DNA of 64,000 nucleotides, taken from Candidatus Saganbacteria bacterium (lineage in GTDB: Bacteria > Margulisbacteria > WOR-1 > O2-12-FULL-45-9). The first letter of the stretch is position 1; the number at the start of each line of letters is the position of its first letter. Location of the stretch: positions 269 through 64,268 of the forward strand of contig JAFGDE010000007.1 in assembly GCA_016932255.1 (NCBI GenBank), read 5' to 3'. Both the position numbers and the translations under genes were made by a program. The notes beneath the pieces were generated by a model, which was not told the DNA's origin, searched no databases, and was given only the letters and a program-made list of their open reading frames with translations. This document shows, piece by piece, positions 16,740-25,303 of the stretch.

Positions 16740-17091
16740 GATACAGATATTGGCTTTGTTGACCAGTGTTGCCTTGATCATTTTTGTGCTTGGCCTGATC
16801 AAGAAACGAAGGCTTAAGGAAGAATATGCTTTTCTCTGGCTCCTGATCGGGCTGGTCATTGCTGTTATTTCGGTCTTTCGCAACCTGCTTGAAGTGCTGG
16901 GGGATATACTGGGCATATTTTATTCACCGGCGGCGCTGCTGCTGCTGGCGGTCCTGTTCATTCTCCTGATCCTGTTCCACTTCTCGGTCGTTATTTCCGG
17001 TTTATCTGAAAAGATCCGGCTGCTAGCCCAGAAGACAGCAAGATTAGAGCAGGAGCTGGAAGAACGCAAGCCGGACGCAAATAAGCCTTAG
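16732..17091 (+). CDS. Small membrane protein, DUF2304-like
   Basis: MDRIQILALLTSVALIIFVLGLIKKRRLKEEYAFLWL... matches the DUF2304 pattern that usually follows such GT2 genes. Confidence 0.6.
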   Translation: MDRIQILALLTSVALIIFVLGLIKKRRLKEEYAFLWLLIGLVIAVISVFRNLLEVLGDILGIFYSPAALLLLAVLFILLILFHFSVVISGLSEKIRLLAQKTARLEQELEERKPDANKP

Positions 17092-17120
17092 AAAACCATG
17101 GCTTGGTAAAATTGCGCAGG

Positions 17121-17149
17121 TTGCCAAGTGTTTGAGCTTTCGGTATAAT
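17121..17149 (+). promoter_or_regulatory. Sigma70-type promoter whose -10 ends 8 nt before the ATG of the methyltransferase gene
   Basis: TTGCCA (17121-17126), 17 nt, then TATAAT (17144-17149). ATG at 17158, with no SD. Confidence 0.45.
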
Positions 17150-17157
17150 TTCATTCA

Positions 17158-17922
17158 ATGAAAGAAAAACTGCGTCTGGTTAGGACTCTTTTGGAGAAGC
17201 GCAGGGCTAGGAGATCTGAAGGCCGGTTCGTGGTGGAAGGGCCGCACCTGGTGGAGGAGGCGGCTGGGCAGATAGATTTCGTGCTCTATGCCGAGGACCT
17301 GCCCCTGATCTCAAAGCTTCAGGATATCGGGGTCAACTGCCTAAAGGTCTCGAAAAATGATTTCCAGCAGCTCTCTGAGGTTGAAACGCCCCAGTGGGTC
17401 CTGGCGGTGGTCAAAGAGCGGCAGTATCAGCTCGATCACATAATGGAAGCGGCCAGCCCGCTGATCGTTTTCTGCGTTGAGGTGCAGGACCCTGGTAATC
17501 TGGGAACGATCATCAGAACAGCTGACGCGGTGGGAGCCGCGGGAGTGATAACTTCGCGCGGCACGGTCGACGTTTACAACAGCAAGGTCATCCGCTCGAC
17601 CATGGGCTCTTTGTTCCATTTGCCGCTGGTAGAAGCGGAAGACACGCTCAAGATGATCGAGCAGTTGAAGAAGTTCCGGGTCCAGATCGTGGCAGCCGAT
17701 ATCAACGGAGTGGACGATTACTTTTCCGCTGATTTCAACCAGCCGACGGCTTTGCTGGTCGGCAATGAAGGCGCGGGCTTGCCGGCGAAAGTGGTTGAGC
17801 TTGCCGACAAGGCGGTCAGGATCCCGATGCCCGGCCGGGCGGAATCGCTCAATGTCGGCGTTTCGTCAGCAGTGATCCTGTACGAAGCGCTGAGACAGAG
17901 GATATATGGAAGAACAAGTTAA
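17158..17922 (+). CDS. TrmH/SpoU-family RNA 2'-O-methyltransferase
   Basis: Motifs GNLGTIIRTADAVGA, LLVGNEGAGL and IPMPGRAESLNVGVSSAVILYE. Confidence 0.8.
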   Translation: MKEKLRLVRTLLEKRRARRSEGRFVVEGPHLVEEAAGQIDFVLYAEDLPLISKLQDIGVNCLKVSKNDFQQLSEVETPQWVLAVVKERQYQLDHIMEAASPLIVFCVEVQDPGNLGTIIRTADAVGAAGVITSRGTVDVYNSKVIRSTMGSLFHLPLVEAEDTLKMIEQLKKFRVQIVAADINGVDDYFSADFNQPTALLVGNEGAGLPAKVVELADKAVRIPMPGRAESLNVGVSSAVILYEALRQRIYGRTS

Positions 17923-18925
17923 TCAGATAGAACAGCAGGCTTTAAAAGCGATCAGCAGCGCGGCTGACCTGCACCAGCTTGAAGATGCCCGGGTCAAGTA
18001 CCTGGGCAAGAAGAGCGAGTTCACCGGCCTGCTCAGGTCGCTCGGCTCGCTGTCGCCGGAAAAACGGCCGGTCATGGGCGCGCTGATCAATAAGACCAAG
18101 CAGAAGCTGCAGCACGCGCTGGTCAACCGCAAGACCGTTCTGATGAACGCGGACCAGCAGCAAAAGATCGAGGCGGCAAAGCTTGATGTTTCACTGCCAG
18201 GCAAAGGCGTCAAGCTGGGCCGGCTGCATCCGCTGACCCAGACCATGCATGAGGCCAAGCAGATCTTCATCCGCCTGGGCTACGAAGTAGCTGAGGGGCC
18301 GGAGATTGAGCTTGATTATTACAACTTCGACGGGCTGAACATCCCGCCGCATCACGCTTCGCGCGACGCTTTTTCGACCCTGTTCATTGACGAACACCTG
18401 CTGCTGCGCACGCATACCTCGCCGGTCCAGGTCAGGGTCATGGAAAAGAGAAAACCGCCTCTGGCCATTGTAGCACCCGGCCGGGTCTACCGCCGCGACA
18501 CGCCTGACGCGTCGCATTCACCGGTCTTTCAGCAGCTGGAAGGCTTCCTGGTCGATGAGGGGATAACTTTCGGCGACCTGAAAGGTACGCTGACCGAGTT
18601 CACCCAGCAGATGTTCGGCCGCGACCGCAAAGTGCGTTTCAGGCCGAGCTTCTTCCCGTTTACCGAACCATCGGCTGAGGTCGATGTTTCCTGCATGCTC
18701 TGTAACGGCAAAGGCTGCCGTCTGTGCAAGGGCAGCGGCTGGATCGAGATCCTGGGCAGCGGCATGATCGATCCGAACGTGTTCAAGGCTGTTGGCTATG
18801 ACCCGGAGAAATACAGCGGCTTTGCTTTTGGCATGGGCATTGAACGTATTCACATGCTTAAATTTGGGGTCGATAACATTAGACTTTACTACGAGGATGA
18901 TCTGAGGTTTCTAGAGCAGTTTTAA
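17906..18925 (+). CDS. pheS: Phenylalanine--tRNA ligase alpha subunit
   Basis: 339 aa with class II aaRS motifs (e.g. FRPSFFPFTEPS, GFAFGMGIERI). Confidence 0.95.
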   Translation: MEEQVNQIEQQALKAISSAADLHQLEDARVKYLGKKSEFTGLLRSLGSLSPEKRPVMGALINKTKQKLQHALVNRKTVLMNADQQQKIEAAKLDVSLPGKGVKLGRLHPLTQTMHEAKQIFIRLGYEVAEGPEIELDYYNFDGLNIPPHHASRDAFSTLFIDEHLLLRTHTSPVQVRVMEKRKPPLAIVAPGRVYRRDTPDASHSPVFQQLEGFLVDEGITFGDLKGTLTEFTQQMFGRDRKVRFRPSFFPFTEPSAEVDVSCMLCNGKGCRLCKGSGWIEILGSGMIDPNVFKAVGYDPEKYSGFAFGMGIERIHMLKFGVDNIRLYYEDDLRFLEQF

Positions 18926-18927
18926 CT

Positions 18928-18999
18928 GTCTCAGGAACCAGCGAGTGAACCTCGCGGTTCCTGAGACTCGAAACCGCGACGTTTAGTCGCAGGTTTCGA
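18928..18999. repeat. Inverted pair of REP-like bulged hairpins between pheS and pheT
   Basis: GTCTCAGGAACC-A-GCGAG-TGAAC-CTCGC-GGTTCCTGAGAC (18928-18967) and TCGAAACC-GCGAC-GTTTA-GTCGC-A-GGTTTCGA (18968-18999). Confidence 0.8.
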
Positions 19000-19015
19000 T
19001 CAAATGAGGAGAATA

Positions 19016-20998
19016 ATGCGCGTTCCAATCAATTGGCTTAAAGAATTGGTCAATTTCAAACAGAGCCCGAAGCAGCTGTCCGAGCTGCTGACCATGGGCG
19101 GCCTTGAGACCGTGATCGAAGAGGGTGGCGCGCTTGAAGTTGACATTATCCCTAACCGGGCTGACTGCTGGAGCATACGCGGGATAGCGCGGGAAGTTTC
19201 CGCTCTGGCCAAAGCGCCTCTGGTCCCGGCCAGGTCCGCGCTGGTCGAAGCGGACAAAAAAGCCGCCTCGGTCGTTAAGGTCGAGGTCAGGGACAAAAAA
19301 CTTTGTCCAAGATACATGGCCAGGGTGATCGAGAACATCAAGATCGCCCCGTCGCCTGACTGGCTCAAACAGAAACTGGAAAGTGTCGGCATCCGCTCGA
19401 TCAACAACGTGGTCGACGTGACCAACTACATGCTGATGGAACTTGGTCAGCCTATGCACGCGTTCGACGCCGGCCTGATCTCCCAAGGCACGATCGTTGT
19501 CCGCCGCGCTGAAGCAGGCGAAAAGGTCAAGGCCCTGGACGAGAACGAGTACGAGCTGGGCAACGAGATGCTGGTGATCGCTGATCCGGAGAAGCCGGTG
19601 GCCATTGCCGGTGTCATGGGCCTGGCCAACAGCGAGGTCAGGAGCGATACTTCGACCGTTATTCTCGAATCGGCTTTCTTTGACCGTGTTTCCATCCACA
19701 AAACATCCACGAACCTGAAGCTTCGTTCTGAATCATCCGTTCGCTTTGAACGGGGCGTTGACTGGGTCGCGGTCGAGGAAGCGCTTGACCGCGGAGCAGC
19801 CTTGATCGCGGAGCTGGCCGGAGGCCAAGTGCTGAAAGGGAAGATCGATAAAAAGGCAGGCAACCGCAAGCCCAAAGTAGTGACATTGCGGCCGCAAAGA
19901 GTAAATCAGCTGTTGGGCGCGAAGATCAAACCGGCTGAGATGACCGGCATACTCAAACGTTTGGGGTTTGGCATTAAGGGCAGCAAGATCAGCATTCCTT
20001 TGTACCGGGCCGCTGATATCGAGCGCGAGATCGACCTGATCGAGGAGATCGCCAGGGTCTATGGTTATCACAAGATCGAAGCGACCATGCCCAATACTTC
20101 ATTTGCCGGCAAGAAAGTTGACGTGCTCGATCTGTTCCACGAACAGGTCAAGACCATTCTGACCGGCTGCGGCCTGACCGAGGTGCAGACTGACAGCATG
20201 GTCGGCCCGGTCGATCTGCAGAAAGCCGGGCTTGACCCTGATGACGCGGTCAGGATAGCCAATCCTCTGGTGGTTGACCAGAGCCTGATGCGCACGATGC
20301 TGGCGCCCAGCCTGCTCAAGGTCATCCAGCATAATAGGAACCGCCAGATCGAAGATGTGTTCATTTTTGAGCTGGGCAAAGCATACCATCCGGACAAGAA
20401 ACAGCCCAAAGAAAAGTGGGTCTTAAGCGCGGCAGTGACAGGCTCGCCCTTCCTGAGCGCGCTGGACAAGATGCAGGCTGATTATTCCTATCTCAAAGGC
20501 GTGCTGGAGAACCTGCTGGCCCGCTTTGGCCTTAAAAATGTTCAGTTCGAGCCGGCAGAGGACCAGTTGTTCCAGCCGGGCAGGACAGCGCAGCTGAAAG
20601 GCCTTGGCCTGCTGGGCGAGCTTCATCCTGAGGTCGCGCGGCAGTACGACCTGGAGAAGACCGTCTGCCTGTTCGAGCTTGATCTGGACGCGCTTTTTGC
20701 AATGACTAGGGGCAAGAGCAAGTACCGCACTCTGCCTAAATTCCCTTCGGTCAGCCGCGACATCGCCATGTTTGTGCCGGCTGAAGTGAGCTATCAGATG
20801 ATCGTCGACCTGATCAAGAAGACCGGCGGTTCTCTGGTCGAGGAGGTCTTTCTCTTTGACCGCTACAAGGACAGCCAGGCGTATCGTATCGTTTTCCGCG
20901 ACCCGGCAAAAACGCTGACCGATCTTGTTGTGAACGAGAAACATCAGCAGATCGTTAAGGCCATCGAGTCAAAGCTGCAAGTAAGGATCCGAAGGTAA
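19016..20998 (+). CDS. pheT: Phenylalanine--tRNA ligase beta subunit, short form lacking the N-terminal OB-fold (B2/tRNA-binding) domain
   Basis: MRVPINWLKELV...IIPNRADCWSIRGIAREV joins the B1 start directly to the B3 region. B5 and the FDX-ACB C-terminal domain are present. GAGGAG SD before ATG 19016. Confidence 0.9.
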   Translation: MRVPINWLKELVNFKQSPKQLSELLTMGGLETVIEEGGALEVDIIPNRADCWSIRGIAREVSALAKAPLVPARSALVEADKKAASVVKVEVRDKKLCPRYMARVIENIKIAPSPDWLKQKLESVGIRSINNVVDVTNYMLMELGQPMHAFDAGLISQGTIVVRRAEAGEKVKALDENEYELGNEMLVIADPEKPVAIAGVMGLANSEVRSDTSTVILESAFFDRVSIHKTSTNLKLRSESSVRFERGVDWVAVEEALDRGAALIAELAGGQVLKGKIDKKAGNRKPKVVTLRPQRVNQLLGAKIKPAEMTGILKRLGFGIKGSKISIPLYRAADIEREIDLIEEIARVYGYHKIEATMPNTSFAGKKVDVLDLFHEQVKTILTGCGLTEVQTDSMVGPVDLQKAGLDPDDAVRIANPLVVDQSLMRTMLAPSLLKVIQHNRNRQIEDVFIFELGKAYHPDKKQPKEKWVLSAAVTGSPFLSALDKMQADYSYLKGVLENLLARFGLKNVQFEPAEDQLFQPGRTAQLKGLGLLGELHPEVARQYDLEKTVCLFELDLDALFAMTRGKSKYRTLPKFPSVSRDIAMFVPAEVSYQMIVDLIKKTGGSLVEEVFLFDRYKDSQAYRIVFRDPAKTLTDLVVNEKHQQIVKAIESKLQVRIRR

Positions 20999-21012
20999 TC
21001 CTCAGATTTTAC

Positions 21013-21056
21013 AACCTGCGGCTGAACCTGCCTGCCGGCAGGCAGGCGCCGCGGTT
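21013..21056. repeat. Nested palindromes: the 20-bp palindrome (copy 2, 21027-21046) sits in the loop of a REP-like hairpin
   Basis: AACC-T-GCGGC-TGAA[CCTGCCTGCCGGCAGGCAGG]C-GCCGC-GGTT. Confidence 0.8.
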
Positions 21057-21066
21057 ATTATCAATT

Positions 21067-21444
21067 ATGCACTACCACTATATTTTTAAGACTTATAAAG
21101 GCAAATCAACTTTATTATTAGAGTTTAAGGACAAAATAGGTAAGGACTTTGCTTTAATTGATCAAGAGAAGGGTTTTGCTCTTATTGCCCATGCCATTCT
21201 TGAAGATCATGTTCATTTATTGCTCAAGCAGCAAAAACTGGATAAAACTGATTATGTTATGCGGATGTTTAAAGGGATATCTTCTCGTAGATTTTTCAAA
21301 GAATTCCGTTCAAATCGGTTGGATCATCGCAAATTGTGGGGGAGGGGCTATTTTGCCCGTCCTGTTCCTGAAGCAGAAGTCCCAAAAGTGGTACAATATA
21401 TCAAGGAACAAGTTAATGCTCATGGATTTGATAAACGCTACTGA
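21067..21444 (+). CDS. tnpA: Y1 (HUH) transposase, IS200/IS605 TnpA / RAYT family
   Basis: 125 aa. N-terminal YHYIFKTYKG..., HUH motif EDHVHLLL and C-terminal catalytic Tyr context VVQYIKEQ. Hand counts on two 60-nt lines give about 23% and 35% G+C, against about 50% in the flanking pheT. Confidence 0.8.
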   Translation: MHYHYIFKTYKGKSTLLLEFKDKIGKDFALIDQEKGFALIAHAILEDHVHLLLKQQKLDKTDYVMRMFKGISSRRFFKEFRSNRLDHRKLWGRGYFARPVPEAEVPKVVQYIKEQVNAHGFDKRY

Positions 21445-21454
21445 TCTTGTGAGA

Positions 21455-21533
21455 GCAAGGAACCGCGAGGTTCACTCGCAGGTTCCTTGCATAAAGAGGA
21501 CGATTGGAACCGCGAGGTTCACTCGCAGGTTCC
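21455..21533. repeat. Two direct copies of the REP-like bulged hairpin GGAACC-GCGAG-GTTCA-CTCGC-A-GGTTCC
   Basis: Copy 1 at 21455-21490 (outer stem extended to GCAAGGAACC/GGTTCCTTGC) and copy 2 at 21506-21533. Confidence 0.85.
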
Positions 21534-21557
21534 TTTCTTGGGTATCAGGAGATAACC

Positions 21558-24053
21558 ATGGCTGAAGTCACCCCCATGGTCAAACAGTATCTTTCCATCA
21601 AGGAAAAGCACCAGGATGCTATCCTTTTCTTCAGGCTGGGCGATTTCTATGAGATGTTCTACGATGACGCGGAAAAAGCGTCCAAAGAGCTCGATCTGGT
21701 CCTGACCGGCCGGGGCAAGGATGAGAACCGCATGCCTATGTGCGGCATACCGTTCCACGCGGCGGAGAACTATATCGCCCGATTGATCGATCGCGGTTAT
21801 AAAGTGGCGATCTGCGAGCAGGTCGAAGATCCTAAGGATGCCAAGGGCGTGGTCAAGCGCGACGTTATCAGGATCGTCACGCCCGGCACGGTGATCGAAG
21901 CCAATCTGCTTAAGGAAAAGACTAATAACTACCTGCTGGCCGTGTCAAAGGAAAAGAATAAATTCGGCCTGGCTTATGTTGACGCGTCGACCGGTGAGTT
22001 CCGTTTGACCGTGCTTGAGTCAAAAGAAAAGGTCCTGGATGAAGTTAATCGCGTGGCGCCCAGCGAGATCATCCTGGCCGACCTGCTGGAAAAGGAATTT
22101 CATTTCCAGCAGCCGACCAGCCTGTTCAAGGATATCTATGACGCGGAAGCGGCTGAAGATAAGCTGAAACGCTTCTTCAGTATCAAGACCCTGGAATCTT
22201 TCGGTCTGGCCGAATATCAGGCAGGCTGGGGCGCGGCAGCGGCCATTATCGACTATCTCAAGGAAACACAGAAGACCGGGTTGCAGCAGATCAGAACTCT
22301 CAAGGCTTATCGTACTTCCGCTTTCATGTTCATTGACGCGGCAACGCGGCACAACCTTGAATTGGTCCAGACCATCCGCGACAAGACCTACAAAGGCAGC
22401 CTGCTCTGGGTGCTGGACCGGACCAGAACGTCGATGGGCGGCCGGCTGCTCAAACAATGGCTGCTCCAGCCGCTGCTGGAAAAGGGAGCGATAAAAGCCA
22501 GGCTTGAAGCCGTGGCTGAACTTAATAGCAACGCTGTGCTGAGAGCTGAGCTGGGGCAGGAAATAGCCGAGATCGCTGACATTGAGCGGGCCACGGGCCG
22601 CATTGCCTCTGCCACGGCCAATGCCCGTGACCTGATCGCTTTAAAAGAGTCGTTAAAAAGGCTACCAAAGATCCGAATGATCTTAAAGGATAGCCGGTCA
22701 GCATTGTTGGAACCGCGGCGATTAGCCGCAGGTTCCGAACAAGAATTACTCGATCTGATCGCCAAGGCGATCGTTGATGACCCGCCGTTCGCGCTCAAGG
22801 ATGGCGGCTTGGTCCGCTCAGGTTATGACGAAGAACTTGATATAGTAAAGCGCACAGCACTTGAAGGCAAGGACTGGATCTCCAAGCTGGAGAACGAGGA
22901 GCGCAGGCGCACAGGCATCAAGTCACTTAAGGTCGGCTACACCAGGGTCTTTGGTTATTATATTGAGGTGACCAAAGCCAACCTGTCCCAAGTACCGGAA
23001 AATTATATCCGCAAGCAGACACTGGTCAATGCTGAACGATTTATCACCCCTGAGCTCAAGGAAAAAGAATCGCTGATCCTTAACGCGGACGAGCGGATGA
23101 AAGATCTTGATTATAAGATATTCTGTGACGTGCGATCAAAAGTCGCGGAAAGCACGGCAGAGCTCCAGGCCATGGCCAATATACTGGCCCAGCTGGATGT
23201 GCTGCTGTCGCTGGCTGAGGTAGCGGTCGAAAATAATTATTGTTGTCCAAAGATCCAAAATCAGAAATCCGAGATCCGAACAATGAGGATATCAGGATCA
23301 AGACATCCAGTTGTTGAAAAGACCCTGGGCGAGCACCGCTTTGTGCCTAATAATGTTGATCTTAACGATCTGAAGAGTAGATTTCTGCTGATTACCGGGC
23401 CGAACATGGCCGGCAAGTCGACTTACATGCGCCAGGTCGCTTTGACCTCTCTGCTGGCGCAGATCGGCTCGTTCGTGCCGGCCAAAGAAGCTGATCTTTG
23501 CCTGGTTGACAGGATATTTACTAGGATCGGCGCCATGGACGATATCTTTTCCGGGCAATCGACCTTTATGATGGAAATGACCGAGACGGCCAATATCCTG
23601 AACAACGCGACCGAGAACAGCCTAATCATCCTGGATGAGATCGGCCGGGGTACAGCGACCTTTGACGGTATGTCGATCGCTGCGGCTGTGGCTGAATATA
23701 TTCACACGAAGATCAAGGCGAAAACGCTTTTTGCTACGCACTATCATGAGATCACTCAATTAGCTGAAAAACATAAAGGTATGAAGAATCTTAACGTTAC
23801 GGTCAAGGAAGAAGGCGACCATGTCACGTTCCTGCACCAGATAGCCGAAGGCCCGGCTGACCGGTCCTATGGCATCCAAGTGGGCAAGCTGGCCGGCCTG
23901 CCGGCTGAAGTGATCAAGCGGGCCAAAGAGGTCTATGCCACGCTGGAAATGGTGGAAAATGATATGGGGAAATTCAGAGGCCAGGGGCCTGTAGCCGGTA
24001 GCCAACGGAAAAAGACGAAAGCATCGGATCAGAACCAGGTCAGCTTATTCTAA
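21558..24053 (+). CDS. mutS: DNA mismatch repair protein MutS
   Basis: MAEVTPMVKQYLSIKEKHQDAILFFRLGDFYEMF and the Walker A motif GPNMAGKSTYMRQ. The start follows an AGGAG SD. The upstream codons of the tracked ORF are encoded by the hairpin repeat. Confidence 0.95.
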   Translation: MAEVTPMVKQYLSIKEKHQDAILFFRLGDFYEMFYDDAEKASKELDLVLTGRGKDENRMPMCGIPFHAAENYIARLIDRGYKVAICEQVEDPKDAKGVVKRDVIRIVTPGTVIEANLLKEKTNNYLLAVSKEKNKFGLAYVDASTGEFRLTVLESKEKVLDEVNRVAPSEIILADLLEKEFHFQQPTSLFKDIYDAEAAEDKLKRFFSIKTLESFGLAEYQAGWGAAAAIIDYLKETQKTGLQQIRTLKAYRTSAFMFIDAATRHNLELVQTIRDKTYKGSLLWVLDRTRTSMGGRLLKQWLLQPLLEKGAIKARLEAVAELNSNAVLRAELGQEIAEIADIERATGRIASATANARDLIALKESLKRLPKIRMILKDSRSALLEPRRLAAGSEQELLDLIAKAIVDDPPFALKDGGLVRSGYDEELDIVKRTALEGKDWISKLENEERRRTGIKSLKVGYTRVFGYYIEVTKANLSQVPENYIRKQTLVNAERFITPELKEKESLILNADERMKDLDYKIFCDVRSKVAESTAELQAMANILAQLDVLLSLAEVAVENNYCCPKIQNQKSEIRTMRISGSRHPVVEKTLGEHRFVPNNVDLNDLKSRFLLITGPNMAGKSTYMRQVALTSLLAQIGSFVPAKEADLCLVDRIFTRIGAMDDIFSGQSTFMMEMTETANILNNATENSLIILDEIGRGTATFDGMSIAAAVAEYIHTKIKAKTLFATHYHEITQLAEKHKGMKNLNVTVKEEGDHVTFLHQIAEGPADRSYGIQVGKLAGLPAEVIKRAKEVYATLEMVENDMGKFRGQGPVAGSQRKKTKASDQNQVSLF

Positions 24054-24061
24054 AAAGTGGT

Positions 24062-24089
24062 TTTACGCTCGTGGCTGGTATGGTAAAAT
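24062..24089 (+). promoter_or_regulatory. Candidate promoter with an extended -10
   Basis: TTTACG (24062-24067), 16 nt, then TGgTAAAAT (hexamer at 24084-24089), upstream of the OMP-like gene. Confidence 0.4.
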
Positions 24090-24117
24090 ATCAATAAGTT
24101 CGATTAGGAGGTAGATC

Positions 24118-24531
24118 ATGAAAAAACTGATTTTGTCCGTGTTGGCTCTCTCTGTCCTTGTCAGCTCTTGTTTTGCCATGACCCCGGCGGTTATTGGCGG
24201 GATCCGCGACGGTCTGGCCATCGGCCTGATGGCTGACAATCCGATCGCCAAGAACGTGGCCCTGCGCTTTGGTATCGAAGCTAATTCCGGCAACCAGCCT
24301 CTGGTGGCTTTCTTCGGCGGGAAATTCTATCTCGGTGCGGCAGGCAGTATGCCTTTGTCCCTTGGGCTGCATGGAGTGGCTTATTCCGGTAATAATAATA
24401 CCGATATTGGGTTTGGCTTGTCTGCTATCTTTGACCGGGCCTTTGGCGTTAAGCCGATGTTCATGGAGATCGGCGTGGACGTTGCCAGTAAGGCCAGGCT
24501 GCAGTTTCAGCTGGGCTATAAGATCTACTAA
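24118..24531 (+). CDS. Small secreted beta-barrel-like (outer-membrane-type) protein
   Basis: Signal peptide MKKLILSVLALSVLVSSCFA, Gly/aromatic-rich alternating strands and a C-terminal ...QLGYKIY. Strong SD (AGGAGG). Confidence 0.5.
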   Translation: MKKLILSVLALSVLVSSCFAMTPAVIGGIRDGLAIGLMADNPIAKNVALRFGIEANSGNQPLVAFFGGKFYLGAAGSMPLSLGLHGVAYSGNNNTDIGFGLSAIFDRAFGVKPMFMEIGVDVASKARLQFQLGYKIY

Positions 24532-24546
24532 ACAGATCCCCCGGGC

Positions 24547-25281
24547 TTAGCGCAGATCGACCAGGGTCGTTTCAGCGCGCATCATCTTGATGTCCTCAAG
24601 AAGGGACAGGCCTATCACGCCTTCCGCTGTCCGGACCCATTTCATGTCCAGTAATTCCGTTGCCAGCTCTTTCGATCTATTATGGTCGACAGGTTTGCCT
24701 GAGAGATGTTCTGCTTTCAGGTCATCAAAGCGGGCACTGGTTATTAATATCTTCATTATCCGGCTATAGGCTGTGTCCGGTCTGGAACTGAAACAAAAAC
24801 GGAAACCGCGCAAAGCGAGGTCATTGCCAGGCTGCTTTTGTTTAAAGCCTGTGATACAGGCAAAGGGCATGGCTGAGAGGCCGTTCGAGATGGTTTCTAT
24901 TATCGTGTGATAATAGGACAGGACAGCTGTTGCTTCAGTTTCCGAGCCAAGATCCGGGATGAGGCAATTGACCAAAATAGCTTCCCTGGGAAAATCCAGC
25001 GAATCGACCAGGTTAAAGATGACCTGCGGAGTGAAGTATCTGTCCTGGCCGGCTAAAGCTTCCAGGTTAACAAAGATCGCTGACGGTGTTGCGCCTTTGA
25101 TAACAAGGTCGAGATTAAGTCCAAGCAGGCTAAGGAAATCCCAGGCCGCTTCCGGTCCGTTGATCTGACGCAAACGCTGGCAGGCTGGTCCGGCAATGGT
25201 GCGGCTGAGCGAGCGCTGGTTAAGTCGGCCCAGCAAGGGATGGGAATTTACAATGCTCAATCCTTTTATCTTCATGTCCAA
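24547..25281 (-). CDS. Hypothetical protein with a degenerate class-I methyltransferase-like fold (module 2, second gene)
   Basis: 244 aa. ILVNCLIPDLGSETEA resembles motif I (vLDlGcGtG), and LRGFRFCFSSRP resembles the motif II/III region. Collinear weak similarity to the 267-aa protein at 26016-26819. Confidence 0.45.
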   Translation of the reverse strand: MDMKIKGLSIVNSHPLLGRLNQRSLSRTIAGPACQRLRQINGPEAAWDFLSLLGLNLDLVIKGATPSAIFVNLEALAGQDRYFTPQVIFNLVDSLDFPREAILVNCLIPDLGSETEATAVLSYYHTIIETISNGLSAMPFACITGFKQKQPGNDLALRGFRFCFSSRPDTAYSRIMKILITSARFDDLKAEHLSGKPVDHNRSKELATELLDMKWVRTAEGVIGLSLLEDIKMMRAETTLVDLR

Positions 25282-25303
25282 TTCCTGTCCGCTCTTGTGC
25301 TCA

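Larger units (their letters stand above)
21013..21533 (+). mobile_element. IS200/IS605-type (or REP-associated, RAYT-type) Y1 transposase unit with flanking hairpins
   Basis: An AT-rich 125-aa HUH/Y1 transposase gene is bounded by a nested hairpin on the left (21013-21056) and two direct copies of a bulged hairpin on the right (21455-21533). It is inserted between pheT and mutS. Confidence 0.55.

Noticed and set aside
21455-21533. Two direct copies of a 28-36-nt repeat that could be mistaken for a mini CRISPR array.
   Set aside because: There are only two copies, separated by about 15 nt. Each is an internally bulged hairpin, and related copies occur in inverted orientation at other intergenic sites. 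No cas genes are present. A REP/IS-end interpretation fits better.
21504-21557. N-terminal extensions of tracked ORFs: mutS from 21504, folC from 12328, xer from 10587, thiL from 8004 and GT2 from 15954.
   Set aside because: The extra codons are encoded by hairpin repeats or by the 3' end of the upstream gene, and they precede the conserved N-termini. Internal starts with an SD or stop-start overlap are preferred.
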